DNA of 64,000 nt from Octopus sinensis (GCF_006345805.1 NW_021833473.1:136001-200000), one strand, 5' to 3'. Counted from the stretch's first letter, positions 37,900-51,509 are shown. Program-made: numbers and translations. The notes: generated by a model from the sequence alone, not told the origin.

Positions 37900-39180
37900 A
37901 CGACGGAAGAGGTTCACCATTGGCCGAAATACTACTAAAGCAAAAGAATCAAGACGAAATCGAGCTTTAGAATTGTCGTTGGAGACTACAATCCGTCGGT
38001 CACAAGCTGCTGAACGTGCGGCCACAAGAAGAGCTCTCGAAACAGACGACCAGCGACATGCTCGCATGACCACTATTGCCCTCTTATCTGCGACTGCACG
38101 CGCTGCAGAAACCGAAGACCAACGTAGAACTCGCCGTGCCGCGAATGCTTCTTCAATGGCAGCTGCTCGTGCTTCACAGACAGAGGACCAGCGAAGGAGA
38201 CGCCGATCTGCTAACGCCGCGTCTACAGCTGCTGCAAGAGCTTCAGAAACAAGTCCCCAGCGGAAACGTCGCCGAGCCTCTAATGCCGCGTGCTCTTCAG
38301 CCGCACGTACCGAGGAGAATGAAGACCAGCGCTACAGACGTCGGACAACGGATGCTGCAAACACTGCTGCTGCTCGATCTTCCGAAACGTTACGAGACCG
38401 TGATAATTGCCTTCAGAGTGATGCAAGACAGCGAGCCCTTAAGAAGGGTGTTTCTAAACCGTTGGCCACACAATGGGCCTTAAAAGCATTCCAGTACAAT
38501 TCCGTCTTTGATTATGCTGGCCACTTAGACATGTCGCTTGGAAGTATCTCAAAGACGTGTTCATTTCACTTTGCCAAAAAGTGGTCGGGGAAGCCAACCG
38601 GTTTGTGCTGCTCTGGTGGAAAGGTCCGATTGCTTCAACTCCCGGACCCACCAGAGACGCTAAAGCGTCTCTTCACAGGTAATACGGTTAAATCGAAGCA
38701 CCTTCTTAGTTGTATCCCCGGAAATACAATTGCGCCTTTCAGGCGACATCTTTCGGAGCAAATGTTGTGCGAGAAGGGGGATTCATGCCCACGTTTAAGG
38801 TTTAAGGCCAGGTATACCATAGAACTGGACCGCTTGAACCTGCCGCCAACCAAGACACACAATTTCTCCAGCATTACGTCGTTGGTAATCCCAACGAACA
38901 AGCAGCAATGCGACGCTCAATTTCACCTGGCACAGACCTCCACATCATCCGAAACCTGAAAGATATGATTCACACCCTCAACAGCTACGTTATAAGCTTC
39001 AGGTATGCATTGGAGGCAGTTCCTTCATCAAATTTCAATGTTGTCATAGATGCCCCAAAACGTCCGTTGGGCGAACACTCTGGAAGCTTCAACTTACCTA
39101 CATGCAACGAAGTAGCTGTCCTTCTTCACGGTAATCAGTATAACCACTGAGACATTGTCCTTAAACGCAGAGACAACACC
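37900..39180 (+). mobile_element. Helitron N-terminal region (Ala/Arg-rich repeats, Cys cluster, helitron-like N domain), frameshifted
   Basis: ORF 37973-38959 with repeated ET.DQR..RR.ANA units, then CSF.FAKKWSG.PTGLCCSGGKVRL; IRNLKDMIHTLNSYVISF; FNLPTCNEVAVLL. Confidence 0.85.
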
Positions 39181-39834
39181 CTTAACCGCTCGAATTTTTT
39201 TTCACTGCCGTCAAAGTGGAAATTTTCGTGACGAATTAATTTTTTTTGTTCATGAATGACTGGGATTACCCGTTTCTCGAATGACTGACGCTTAGACAAC
39301 AACATTGTATTCAACAGATACAATTGTTATTATCATTACGTTCTGGAAATTACGCTCTGCTTTAGACTCATATGAAATTATTGAAAGTATGGTTTCTCTT
39401 TTATTATGGACTTATCAGGCGAGGAATAAATGTCTGCATTGCATTGCACATGACCTAAATTGGCTAGAAAAATCTACGCAGTTGATTCTCTGTTGTAGCA
39501 TATTTCAAAAGAGCTGTAACTGTATATTTAATCACCTTTTTAGGAAATTTCAGTTAAGTTTGCAAGAAAGCACATCGTACTGAGTTAAAAAACAAAACGA
39601 CATATATCATGAAGTTTGAATTCATCAATTTGGAGTTGTCTACACTGTAATAGAACTATGGTGTTGGGCTCTCGAAATGGCCATAGATATATGTGAATGT
39701 TGAATTTGAACGGTGATATCTGTTTATTGTGAACTTTGAACGTATTTGTGTAAGAGGAGTAAAAGACGTTTTCTAAAGTGCACGTGAATTTAACCTGTGG
39801 AAGTGTGCTTACTTATAAACTGGCTGAAGTTAGC

Positions 39835-39929
39835 TGAACAATGCACGCATTACATCAATTTAAATATAGTGTCATCTTGTACCTGAAGATGGCACTATTT
39901 TTAAGTTGATGTAATGCTTGCATTGTTCA
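39835..39929. repeat. 95-nt hairpin (44-bp arms, 7-nt loop)
   Basis: 39835-39878 vs 39886-39929: 40/44 Watson-Crick pairs plus 2 G-U on the + strand. Confidence 0.9.
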
Positions 39930-39985
39930 ATTAAATGGAGCCGCTTGAAACGGTCGTATTGCACTAATACATGACATCGTGTAAA

Positions 39986-40036
<51 letters not shown>

Positions 40037-40554
40037 TTTTAACATATATATGAAAGGCATGGATGAAAATGCTACTTTCTTAAAATTTGTACATTTTAAT
40101 TTTTCTTTTGCATGTTTCGGTTTTTGAAAAACCTTATCAAAAATACGTACCAAAATGGAATATGTAAAGAGAAAAGAGCCATTGATAAAATTCGATTAAA
40201 ATTTAAATTAAGATTAACATTCATAGTTTACTTTCCTTTTTCCTGCAGGCGCACGTGGATAATATCTTTTGGTTCTGGTAGCATGACAATTTCAACTGAC
40301 TGCGACTGCGAAATTTCAGTTGAGTTTGCATGAAACCACATCGTACTCAGTTAAGAAACAAAAGAACATATATTATGAAATTCGAACTCATCAATTTGTA
40401 GTTATCTACACTGATCTTCTGCTAACTTTAACAACACGATTAATGCAAGGGCGAAAAGTTTGCCGAAAGGATTCATCTTGTGATAATTCCCGTTTCGATC
40501 TTGTTCCACTCGGGTGTCATGGAAGCAATCACATTAATAGATATACAGGATATA

Positions 40555-40790
40555 TATATTTCTTTACTTCCCAGGAGCTAAACATAAAGGGGACGAACAA
40601 GAACAGACAAAGGGATTAAGTCGATTACATCGACCCCAGTGCGAAACTGGTACTTTATTTATCGACTCCGAAAGGATGAAAGGCAAAGTCGACCTCGGCG
40701 GAATTTGAACTCAGAACGTAACGACAGACGAAATACTGCTAAGCGTTTCGCCCGGCACGCTAACGTTTCTGCCAGCTCGCCGCCTTAACA
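40555..40790 (-). mobile_element. SINE family B
   Basis: Near-identical to 9401-9619. Confidence 0.9.
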
Positions 40791-41158
40791 TACAGGATAT
40801 ATAAGTATACCAAGTTGTAACGAAACTTCATCTGTTTTACAAGGCATAGTAAAACAAAAAGAAGAAATATCTAATTTATTTAATGGTTGATATAGCGACA
40901 ACTCTCTATAATCGCTTTCCATATCGCAATGAGCTTTTTAATTCCGCATTCATAAAAGTTGTTACATTTTGAAGTGAAACACACACGCGCGCATACATAT
41001 ACACACACACGCGCGCATACACACACATATACATACATATAATTTTGTATACAAATATGCATATATAATAAAGAAAGGGTAAAATTAATTAATTAATCAA
41101 TTAATCAATCAATAATTTTACGAAAAATGTTATATGCATATATATATATATATATAAT

Positions 41159-41243
<85 letters not shown>

Positions 41244-41471
41244 CCACTACACATTCTTTATTTTCTCTCCTTGTTTCTGTGTTCCTTTCTGTGGAAGAGC
41301 GTAGGATCGAAACGTTAAAGACTTTTTCAGTTCCCGAGCGTTATACTAATACATCTATTTTTGTCTACATCACCTGTCTATGTCTTTTGTTCTTTTTGTA
41401 AATTCTCCGTATATATATATATATATATATATCGCGTTGTTGTGTTTTCTTCAGTTTTCTTGTTTGGATTA

Positions 41472-41518
<47 letters not shown>

Positions 41519-42427
41519 CGAGTGTATGAGAGATATTGGTATCTAGAAACCCAAAGAGTAACGGTAAGTGTGTGTTAGGGAGAGAGAGAGTGTGTGTTTG
41601 ACAGCGTCTAACAAAAAACGTAAAGAAAAAGTATGTGTAAGGGAGATGGTTTCACTGCGTCTAACAAAAAAAGGTAAAGACAAAGTGAGAGAGAGACAGA
41701 GAGAGTAAATAAATGACAGCTTTCAACAAAATATGTTTTGCTTTTTCTTAAACATGAGATATAGTCTTCAAATTTAGGATGTTTTTGAAAGATACTATAT
41801 TTCATAATCAGATTATATATACTTTCTCACACAACAATTAAAATATATTTTATATCATTTATTTATTTTAAATCGTTCATGTTTCTCCCTCCTCTCTCAC
41901 ACACACATTACATTGGGCGTGAAAGAGTTTTGTTTATATTTTACGCCGAAGATAAAGTGATTTGTTGAGAATACATTTATTTAACTACAAAGAAACAAAG
42001 AGGCAGGTAACAATTTGTCAGTGTATTACACAATATAAATGGGTACAATCTGCGAGCCATCCCCCATACCACAAAAAGGGTTTTGTGGCATATTAGGAAG
42101 CCAGAGTAGTTGATTCTATGCAAAAATCCGATTTTTTTCTTGCTGAAATCGTGTGAGTGTTAATCTACAAATTTACCAACATCTTTTCCATTCGTTTCTG
42201 TTTATGAATATGTATGCGTAGAAAAAACATATGCAATAGGTGTACGTACGTGTGTGTATGTGTGTGTGTGTTGCCCATATATATTTATATTATTTATATT
42301 ATATTATATTATATTATATAAATATATTATATTATATTATATTATATTATATTATATTATATAATCCAATTTCAACGGATTTCGCCCAAATGTAAATTGA
42401 GTAATGCTTACAATTATTAATCATTCG

Positions 42428-42571
42428 TTATCTTTTATCAGTACTTACTACTATTATCACAATAAGGTAAATAATAACACCAAAGAAAATTGATAATCCA
42501 ATGAATTTTCCTGCTTTACTGTTAGCCTTCAGCGCGTCGTCTCTCTCTCCAGATTCGGCCATTGCATTTGC
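42428..42571 (-). CDS. CD225/dispanin paralogue B, terminal coding exon
   Basis: ttctAG acceptor, phase 0; ANAMAESGERDDALKANSKAGKFIGLSIFFGVIIYLIVIIVVSTDKR* (144 nt incl. TAA). Confidence 0.9.
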   Translation of the reverse strand, partial: ANAMAESGERDDALKANSKAGKFIGLSIFFGVIIYLIVIIVVSTDKR

Positions 42572-43049
42572 CTAGAATATAAAATGAAAGTTTATATTTA
42601 AAGCATGCAAATATAACTCAATAACACCAAAGATATTGCTTTCAAATTTTGACACAAGGACAGCAACTTCAGAGGAGCGGTTAAGTCGATTACATCGACC
42701 CCAGTACTCAACTGGTTCTTATTTGATCGATCTCGAAAGGATGATAGGTAAAGCGGATATGGGCGGTAAACATTTTGCTCGGCTAACGGTTCCGCCAGCT
42801 CGCCGCCTTGAAAACAACAAATATATTGTCATATATTTACAACTCATATAAGTTTAATGGTGTAAAGAGATTTGTCAAGATGATTCTTTGGAAATGACCT
42901 GCCAGTGTCCATGCCAAACTGAGATCAAGAACGCAATTTTACCTTACTCTAAATCTCATTACAATACAAATCAACAACCGTGCTCTATTCCAGTGTTACT
43001 TGTAAGTAGGTGGTAAAGATTGAGAAAGAGGCTAACAAACTACCATCTC

Positions 43050-45245
43050 TCATATATATGAAACTGAGAATGTGTTTGTGTGCGTATGTGTGTGTGTGTG
43101 TGTGTGTGTGTCTGTCTGTCTGTGTGTTTCCCTAAAACTTTAGAACTACACAACCAGTTTCATTCAAATTTTACACATGCCTTACTTAGGGTCCGGGGAG
43201 TGTCATCGGGAAAGAATTTTAACTTTTTCCCTAGGGCAATCATATCTTCTCCACTATTTCAGTATTACGTGTTAAAAGAGAAACAAAATCATCTCTCTAT
43301 TGTAATACAGACACTTTAAATTGAATACTGAAACTATTAAAGTGAAAGTATTATATAAGAGGAATGAACCATTAACAGTGGTCATCCTTTTTGCTAGAAG
43401 AAGATCCGCTATGGTCTTATATGCTACACCACTGGTTTTCAATTCATATTAATCAAATTAATATTCAATTTTTTCCCCTTTTTATGTGTGTGTGTGTATT
43501 AGCAATTCGTATAAAATTGCATCAATGACTTGAACTTGAATAAGTGGTTTCACATAAATGGGGATAAATTAAAAAGGCTTGTTGTTATTATCATTACTGT
43601 TTGACTATTGTAATCACGTTTGTTGGTTCCCCGTCGGGAAAACGTTGTTGTGTTGCATTTGATAAATAATTGTAAACCGTAACCCTCCCCGCTTCGGAGA
43701 AGGTGCTTTGGTTATTGTTTAAAAATTGAATTGTGTCCTTGTTTGGGGAAATTGACAATATTTTCACCGTCTTTACGGAAGCATTTTTGTTAAAATGCCT
43801 TCGATAGAAGAAAGTCCCAAAATTAATTTCGCTGCAGCCGTACTCTCTATACAAGAAGGAGGACAAGGTCCAATTGATCGAAATTGCAAGAGACGGGCCT
43901 ACAATTCCAGTCTGTTATATAGTGCTGTGAATGGTCAGGGACACCTCTATGACCTACTTTGCTGGCTTGGAGACAGAAAGTCTGGAATGCAAAGTTATAG
44001 TCCTTTGTTTTGGGAAGAGTAATGGCTTTTGGAAGGACCCTCTACACTTTTGCCGGTCAAGGAAAGTTCGCTCTAAACACCCCTTAAAAGGAAGGGCTGA
44101 GAAAGACAGATTAAGAGATCTGGGAGCTGTCATGAGAGAGTGACAGTGACAGCGTAGAGGAGGACAGACAGAGGTTATTGCAGAGCTAGGAGAGAGAGAG
44201 TGACAGTGACAGCGTCGATGAGGACAGGGACATAGGACTAAGCGGCGATAGAGAGAGTATTATAGCTAAGAGAGATTGGGGGTGGTGACAGGGCAAGAGG
44301 TTTTGGCAGTCGGTATTTGGAATTCAGGGCAAGCGGTTGGCAAGTTGGATTTAGCGGCCAGGATTTGGTATTCAAGGCAAGCAGGTTAGCAAGTTGGATT
44401 TAGCAGTGCTGAGAGAGATGAGGTACAGTGTGAGACACTGGCTATTATAGTAGGAACTAAGGTACGTGAATTGTGTATTGATATGTGAAGAAAAAGAAGT
44501 AAAAAAGACTCGATGTAAAGAGACTGTAAAAGAAATGAGACAGTGAAAAGAACAATGTGAACTGTGTAAAGACATTGTGTACAGAGTTGTGTTAAGGCAA
44601 AAGAGAGCTGTGTAATGAACATTGAACTGTTAGGCCTTTAATGTCCTTTGAACTGTAACTTTAATGTGATTTGAAACAGAACTGTTGTCTCCGGACGTGT
44701 ACTCTTGAAATGCTGTTGTTATTGCATTTGATGTGTTGTTACCTGCATGTTTAAATGCTTTGATCTGTGGTATACCTGTATGATGTATTGAGTTGTTGTT
44801 TAATTTGACGTGTCCTCTTTAAATGTATCTGATATGTATCTGATATGTATTTGATGTTGTAACAATTAATAGTCATATAAACTAGTACGTTAAATGTGAG
44901 CCAATTGCCTTGCCTTCTTTGTGTCTCTCTCGATTGTCTCTGTATCTTCTTGCGGCTGCTGTTGTAGTTGTTGTCGTCATCTCTCTCCTCTCCGAGTTTC
45001 CGTGGCGAACTTTCCCGTTCGGGCGAGCAACGGCAGGTGGTCTGTAACAATTGGTGTCAGAAGTGGATTGTCCTGATTGCTGCGCTGATCGACCGGGTGA
45101 CGGCAGGTGGTCCGTAACAATATTTTGAGTATTGTTATCACTAGCGATATCAACATATAACTTTGTATTTTGTATTTTATGTGTAAATGTATACATATAG
45201 ATGTACATGTAATATGTACACATATATATATACATATATACATGC
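43050..45245 (+). mobile_element. Non-autonomous Helitron (same family as 58481-60410) containing an LTR remnant
   Basis: 5' tatatatgaaactgagaatgt plus (TG/GTCT)n; 43870-43920 and 45120-45245 match the reverse complement of 58520-58710. Confidence 0.7.
43913..45119 (+). mobile_element. LTR retrotransposon remnant: LTR (TGTTA...TAACA, 43913-45049), PBS, repeat of the LTR end
   Basis: Inverted termini TGTTA/TAACA; PBS TGGTGTCAGAAGTGG at 45052-45066 (complementary to a tRNA-Leu 3' end); acggcaggtggtc(t/c)gtaaca occurs twice. Confidence 0.75.
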
Positions 45246-45249
45246 ATAA

Positions 45250-46880
45250 TATGGAGGTTTCGCAGCAACCATCGGACAGCACGATATTGATAATAGATGG
45301 ATTGTTCCATACTGCCCACTCCTGTCAAAGACTTTCAATGCCCACATCAACGTTGAGTTATGCAACTCCGTTAAATCCATCAAGTACGTTTGCAAATATG
45401 TAAACAAGGATTCTGACGCTGCAATGTTTGGACTTCAACAAGAATACTGCCAGGATGAGGTGACGCATTATCAGGTGGGACAGTACATAAGTAGCAACGA
45501 GGCTTTCTGGCGCATCTTTGGCTTTACCATTCACCAACGACACCCCGCCATTCAACAGCTTGCAGTGCTCCTGGGAAATGGTCAAAGAGTGTACATCACC
45601 GATGCTAATGCTTCTCTGTTGGAAGAGGAACCAAGGGATAGCACACTCACTGCATTCTTCAAGCTTTGTCAAGTGGATTCATTCGCTCAAACCTTGCTGT
45701 ATCCACAGATTCCATCGTACTACACTACACTTAGAATAGAAAAAATGGGCCCCACGGAAAGCAGATCAAAATGTTCATGGATACCCTTTCATTAAGTTTC
45801 ACATTTGTCTTGGGGCGAGTATACACAGTGCATCTCACTCAACAAGAGTGCTTCTACCTTCGTCTACTACTGCATGAGATCAGAGGGCCAACGTCTTTCC
45901 AGGCCCTAAAACGGTTCATGGACATGTCTGCACAACATACAGAGAAGCCTGCTATCGACAAAGTCTGTTAGAAGATGGTGCACAATGGGATGCAACTTTA
46001 GGACAGGCTGCTTTATCACAATCACATAAAAGTCTCAGGGCACTATTTGCAGTATTACTACAGGCACGGGAACTGTGTGATCCGGCCACTGTATGGCTCA
46101 AATATAGAGACAACCTGGCTGAAGACTTTCAGCACCAAGCTCAACTTATCTATCCTGAAATGGAGGGTATCAGCAATGAAATCTATAACAAAACACTCAT
46201 TGACATTGAAGACAGAATTGCTAAACTGGGTGGAAATGAATTGTCGAAGTATGGCCTGCCACAAGCATTCAGGTCAGGGTCAAATAGCCTTCCCACTGCT
46301 GTCATTCGTGAAACAACCTACGACACTCAAGCGCTTTCAAAGTACATTGTTGAAAATGAGCCTAAATTACTTCCGGACCAGCTGCAGGCTTACAGAACTA
46401 TTCTTAACAGTGTACGCCAACGCGAGGGACGAATCTTTTTCCTCGATGCTCCTGGAGGGACAGGAAAAACATTTATTACAAAGCTTCTCCTTGCAGAAGT
46501 TAGGCAGCATCAGAACATTGCAGTAGCTGTAGCCTCCTCTGGCATTGCAGCTACTTTGTTACCCGGTGGCAGGACAGCACACTCAACTTTTAAACTCCCT
46601 CTCAATTTAGCAGCATCCGAAATGCCTTCATGCAACATCAACAAAATCTCAGATCAGGGACTAGTACATTTTAAGTACTTAAAATGTGTCATCTAATTGT
46701 CTGGGATGAGTGCACTATGGCTCACAAGGGAGCTTTGGAAGCATTAGATAGAGCCCTGAAAGACATCCGAGACTGTCAGGCTCCAATGCGAGGTGTAACG
46801 CTTCTGTTGTCAGGTGATTTCAGGCAAACTTTTCCTGTCATTCCGAAAGGCACTAGAGCACATGAAGTCCAAGCATGGAA
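45250..46880 (+). mobile_element. Helitron Rep C-terminus and PIF1-like helicase, decayed
   Basis: HINVELCNSVKSIKYVCKYVNK; ISSNEAFWRIFGF.IH.R.P; FFLDAPGGTGKTF; VASSGIAATLLPGGRTAHSTFKLPL; LIVWDE; LLSGDFRQ..PVIP. Confidence 0.95.
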
Positions 46881-46884
46881 TTAG

Positions 46885-47660
46885 GAGGAGGAGATAAAAT
46901 TGGGATTGGTGAAGTCGTAAAAATTCTCCAACAACGTTTACAGTGATTGACTACAGCCTCCAGCAGCTTCACATAAGCGTCTAAATTGAGCCCAAGACCC
47001 TATTGAAAGATGTGGTGTGGTATGACATCACTCCCAATGGAGCCAACACAAAGACCATCACAGCTGAGCGTAAACTAGTTTTCATGATACGTGGGACATT
47101 ACATATATTGTAGGCAGGCCAGCAGTTGTCTGGGTGTTATGCAACTGGTCTTAGTAGAAGCCCTTTTCATCTGAGACGAATCAAATTATCTTCTCTCAAT
47201 AAAATGACTCAGCTCATTCAGGAACATTTTTACCTCCGTGAAGCAGTTCTTCTTGGCCTTGACTGTCAGAAGCTGTCTCTTGTACGAGGGGTAGTGCATA
47301 TGTTCACACAGAGTCAGCTAGATGGTGACGACTTCAATACCCATACGTCTCTCCAAAGCACGGATTCTTGCTTGGATTTACCATTCTTGCTTGGATTTAC
47401 CATCAAATTGTCCTGAAGTTGTTGGATGAATTTTAGTGAGGAGGTAATCACAACGCTTGCCTTTTCCTTTCCTGATGGCCACGGCTTCAAAGTTTCGCGA
47501 CAGCAGTCCATGTCTTATCTTAAAGCCTTTACAATGCTCACAGAGCACTGAACAATTGTCATGATATGATATCGGCACTTTGATACCCAGCGCGAATCGT
47601 CAGGATACAGGTGTATTCAGTTAGCCTCTCGTCCTCCATGCTAGCTACTATTTTCTTTTG
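46885..47660 (-). mobile_element. Mariner (maT/DD37D-like) transposase remnant
   Basis: Minus: TIRAGYQSADI...FIQQLQDNLMVNPSK...; SDVIPHHIFQ.GLGLNLDAYVKLLEAVV...PPNS. Confidence 0.65.
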
Positions 47661-47967
47661 TTTTTATGCTCTCCAACATCGAGCTATTCTTGAATAATGG
47701 AAACAGAAAAATTTCCAAATTTTCCCGGAATTCGTAAATCAGGGAAAATGAATAGTATATTTATCAGCAGAGTGTTATCGAAGTGTACAGTATTACCAAG
47801 CACTCCGTTGAAACTGTAGTGCGAAGCTGATCAGTAAAATCTGCCGTAAAGGATATATAATACTGTATGTTAAAATTAATACATACATACGTACATACAT
47901 AATACATACATACATAAATACTTACATGCATATATATATATATATGAATATACTCCCTAATATTATC

Positions 47968-48017
<50 letters not shown>

Positions 48018-48235
48018 GGATTGTAATAATAATGAAGTCAAATCAAATAGTGATATTTTGAAATCATATAATTCATATGGTTCAGATTTTCGTAATATAT
48101 AATAGGAAATGCTTTCATTATCTAATAGATTATATATTATATATATAGATATGTGTGTGTATATGTATATGTATGTACGTATATATATATATAAATATAT
48201 ATATATATGTACACACATACATACACACATACATA

Positions 48236-48315
<80 letters not shown>

Positions 48316-48503
48316 ATGAAGGGTGAAATTAATTAATTTGGAAAAATATCAATTACACCAAGTAGTCTTCGGCATGTAAAAGCCTCATTCGAGGAAAATT
48401 TAAGTAATACTAAGCAATAAGGGTTTAGCAACGAGTTGCCTACCACATACCGAATTTAGAAATAGCAGTCAAAGGGTTATAGCTATTTCTTCTACTAAAA
48501 AGG

Positions 48504-48567
<64 letters not shown>

Positions 48568-48619
48568 ATTATATATATTTATACATTCATAATACCTATA
48601 TACATACATATATATACAT

Positions 48620-49130
48620 TCCGAAAGATCACCCCAAGGACGAAGAAATATGAACCCAGAGTAGGGCAGAAGCCATAGTCCACTCATAATAAAAAGGAGT
48701 ACTGTGGGAATGTCCAAGTAAAGACCCCAATAAAATGTAAGCACAACATACCTGATATAAGGATTTGGTATAGAGAAGAGAAAATGTGCACAGTTGTGGA
48801 AAATAGCTGTCCAACGATTGTTAACATAAAGCTGAAGATCAGTGTAAAAGAGAACACCTATGCTGAACTATTGAGAAATCTGCAGTTACTCTATCCAGAT
48901 TAGAAGTTCGAATTTGTACCTGTAATTATCGGAGCCATGGGATATGTAACACACTGCCTTAAAAAAATCTTGAGAAATTAGGCTTCTGAAAATCAGAAAG
49001 GAGTAAGCTAATTCGACGAACTGTAAAAGGGTGTAAAACTTTCCAGAAGTTTATCATTTAAATATATTTTTAAAGTTGTCTAGACATCTAACTATATATA
49101 TGAGAATACTTGCATTAAACAAAACATACA
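48620..49130 (+). mobile_element. R4/Dong-like endonuclease 3' end, decayed
   Basis: Decayed PD-type endonuclease region ending FVPVIIGAMGYV; 3' UTR shared with 22000-22130. Confidence 0.55.
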
Positions 49131-49710
49131 AATCTGCACATACACATTCGAACATGCATGCATACATACATACATACATACATACATACATACATACATA
49201 CAAGCAAAAATACCTTGTTGTTAATGTTGAAATTCCAAGGAAGGAGTCTTAAATCTAGGTTAGAAACCGACTTTTTCTCTATTGGCAAGAAATCTTGAAA
49301 TAAAACTGAACAATGACATACACACATACATACACACGAAATATACTAAGAGAAAGAAAGAGAAACAACAGAAAAAACCTCGTGGCTCCCATAGTCCATC
49401 GATCGATCCATCCATTCATCCCAAATTCATGAGAGACATGTCTCCTTCGGGATAATTTATTACAGTCAGTGTGTGACCACAAAATACGTACAGTACACCC
49501 ACATTTCCAAATGTTGGCATGATACTTTAAAACTAAATATACCCAATCGTTTGTCTTATACAATATAATATTAATAAATTAGAAAATTTATGAATCACAC
49601 GAATTTACTAGTCATTTACATTATCCTTTGAACGAAAATTTGAATATTTATGGGTCAAATATACGGATATGAATAGAATTTCTTGCAAGGAATGTTCATA
49701 TTTTACTTAC

Positions 49711-49815
49711 TAAGATGCTGTACATAATAGCAGCGATGCCTGTTGGACAAAAGCAGCATATGGTGACACAAAGTGCCCAACCTATCCTATTCGGGATTTC
49801 ATCTTCCGGAGTTAT
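49711..49815 (-). CDS. CD225/dispanin paralogue B, core exon
   Basis: ttttcAG acceptor, GTAAGT donor, 105 nt phase 0-0; ITPEDEIPNRIGWALCVTICCFCPTGIAAIMYSIL. Confidence 0.95.
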
Positions 49816-49879
49816 CTGAAAATAGGATAAACAAAAGAAATAACATTATCATCAAAAGTTGGTGACGATGATGACAACG

Positions 49880-50365
49880 AAGACATTATCGAAAATGATA
49901 ATGCAAAGATCCTATGGGATTTTATGATTCAGTGCGACCATGAGATAGAGAATGGGAAGCCAGGCATATTCTAAATTTTGAAAGAAAGCAAACTATGCTG
50001 GATCATAGATATAGCATGCCCAGCTGACAAAAAGGTATGCGATAAGGAAGAAAGAAAAGTCGATAGATATGACAGGTTAGCTTGTGAGGTTAAAAAGTTG
50101 TGGTCGATGAAAATGTGGTAGTGGTACCAATAATTGTCGTAGCCCTGGGAAAATTGAGTAAAAATGTCGAGAAGTACATGGAACAAATAGGGGCTGCAAT
50201 AAAGGTGGAGCACTTACGGAAAACAGCACTGCATGGAACCGCTCGAATACTCCGGAAGGTGCTCGAAAAATAAAGTGTTGCCTTAGCTCACTGGTAGTGA
50301 ACAGCTGACACCGCACAACATCTCCAGCATTAGAAGCTGTGCAAAGGCTATAATAATAATAATAA
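49880..50365 (+). mobile_element. R4/Dong 3' end with (TAA)n tail, present only in duplicate copy 2
   Basis: gaaaatgataatgcaaagatcctatgggattttatgattcagtgcgaccatgag matches the reverse complement of 9980-10040; the paralogous site 23270-23510 is only a (TAG)n(TAA)n microsatellite. Confidence 0.85.
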
Positions 50366-50384
50366 TTATCATTATTATAATCCT

Positions 50385-51490
50385 TTGTTTCTTAGCCACA
50401 AGGGCCAAGAAAAATAGGATTGGACATTGCAAAGCATGAAGGACAAAGTGGGGTTATATAAAGTGTCGTGTATTAAGAGCCTCCCCAAGAACGTCGTCGT
50501 ATCCTTTCACTGCTAACCCTCTATACAACGCCATAGTAGAACTTCCACTAACCGCATTATCCGACTGGCTGAGGAGGGTGAGCACCTGGCGACAGTCAAG
50601 ATACCCAACGCCCTGTCTCGATCAACGCTTGATCCAAGATTGCAGCTTACTCAAAGAGACGAGCTGTGGGAAAGTGAGTCTGACAATCGGTGACCACACC
50701 TGCTCACCGCCGTCGAGGAAACGCTGGATGTGTATCAATAGCCACGGCATACCTAGCTCACCGTTCATAGGGTGTTGTCTCCGTTTGTCAGACTCGCTTT
50801 CCCACAGCTCGTCTCTTTGAGAAAACTGCAATCTTGGATCAAGCGTTGATCGAGACAGGGCGTTGGGTATCTTGCCTGTCGCCAGGTGCTCACCTTCCTC
50901 AGCCAGTCGGGTAATGCGGTTAGTGGAATGCCTGACCAGCAGAGACCATCCCTTCCATGAGAAGCAGAAAAGCAAACGCTTCAGCTTGACCAGGTACGAA
51001 CTGGGGCAAGGCACGATGGTGAGGTTGTAGTGAATGAGTGAGGCGACATGTGTTCGCTACCTCTGCCCGACTTTTCAAGGATAGCTTCTCAGTCCATTTC
51101 TAGGTGGACCTGTTTGGGTCGGTGCATGTTTGTGCGTTTTCAGCCTGTTTTTCGACGACTTGCACCAATCTCTTCACTAACACCTTGGCCAAAAGTTTCA
51201 TGTCTGCTTTAAGCAAAGTGATGGGCCACTTGATTGGATCCTTTCTCAACAGCAACACTGCTCGTCGGCTCACAGGTTTCGGAATTCTCTCATTCTGTTG
51301 CTAGTTGTCAAGAAGCCTGCAAACAAGTCTGACATGCTAGAATAAAGTTCGTAGGATTGACCATCTAATCCCGGCGATTTGTTCCCATTGCAGCCCATTA
51401 TTTCGTCCCGTATTTCCCCAATTGTTATCATCCTTTCGCAACATTTCGGCGCATTTTTGGGTGAGACTGGCTACCCTACTCGTCACCTCG
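50385..51490 (-). mobile_element. Tx1/L1 remnant, paralogue of 23513-25140, with internal deletion and an inverted duplication
   Basis: Collinear with copy 1; 50543-50690 is inverted at 50781-50928. Confidence 0.9.
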
Positions 51491-51509
51491 CTCCAGTTGC
51501 TAAAATGAT

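Noticed and set aside
48365-48400. Hammerhead-like ggc...gcc gaag on the minus strand
   Set aside because: Both core segments are non-canonical.
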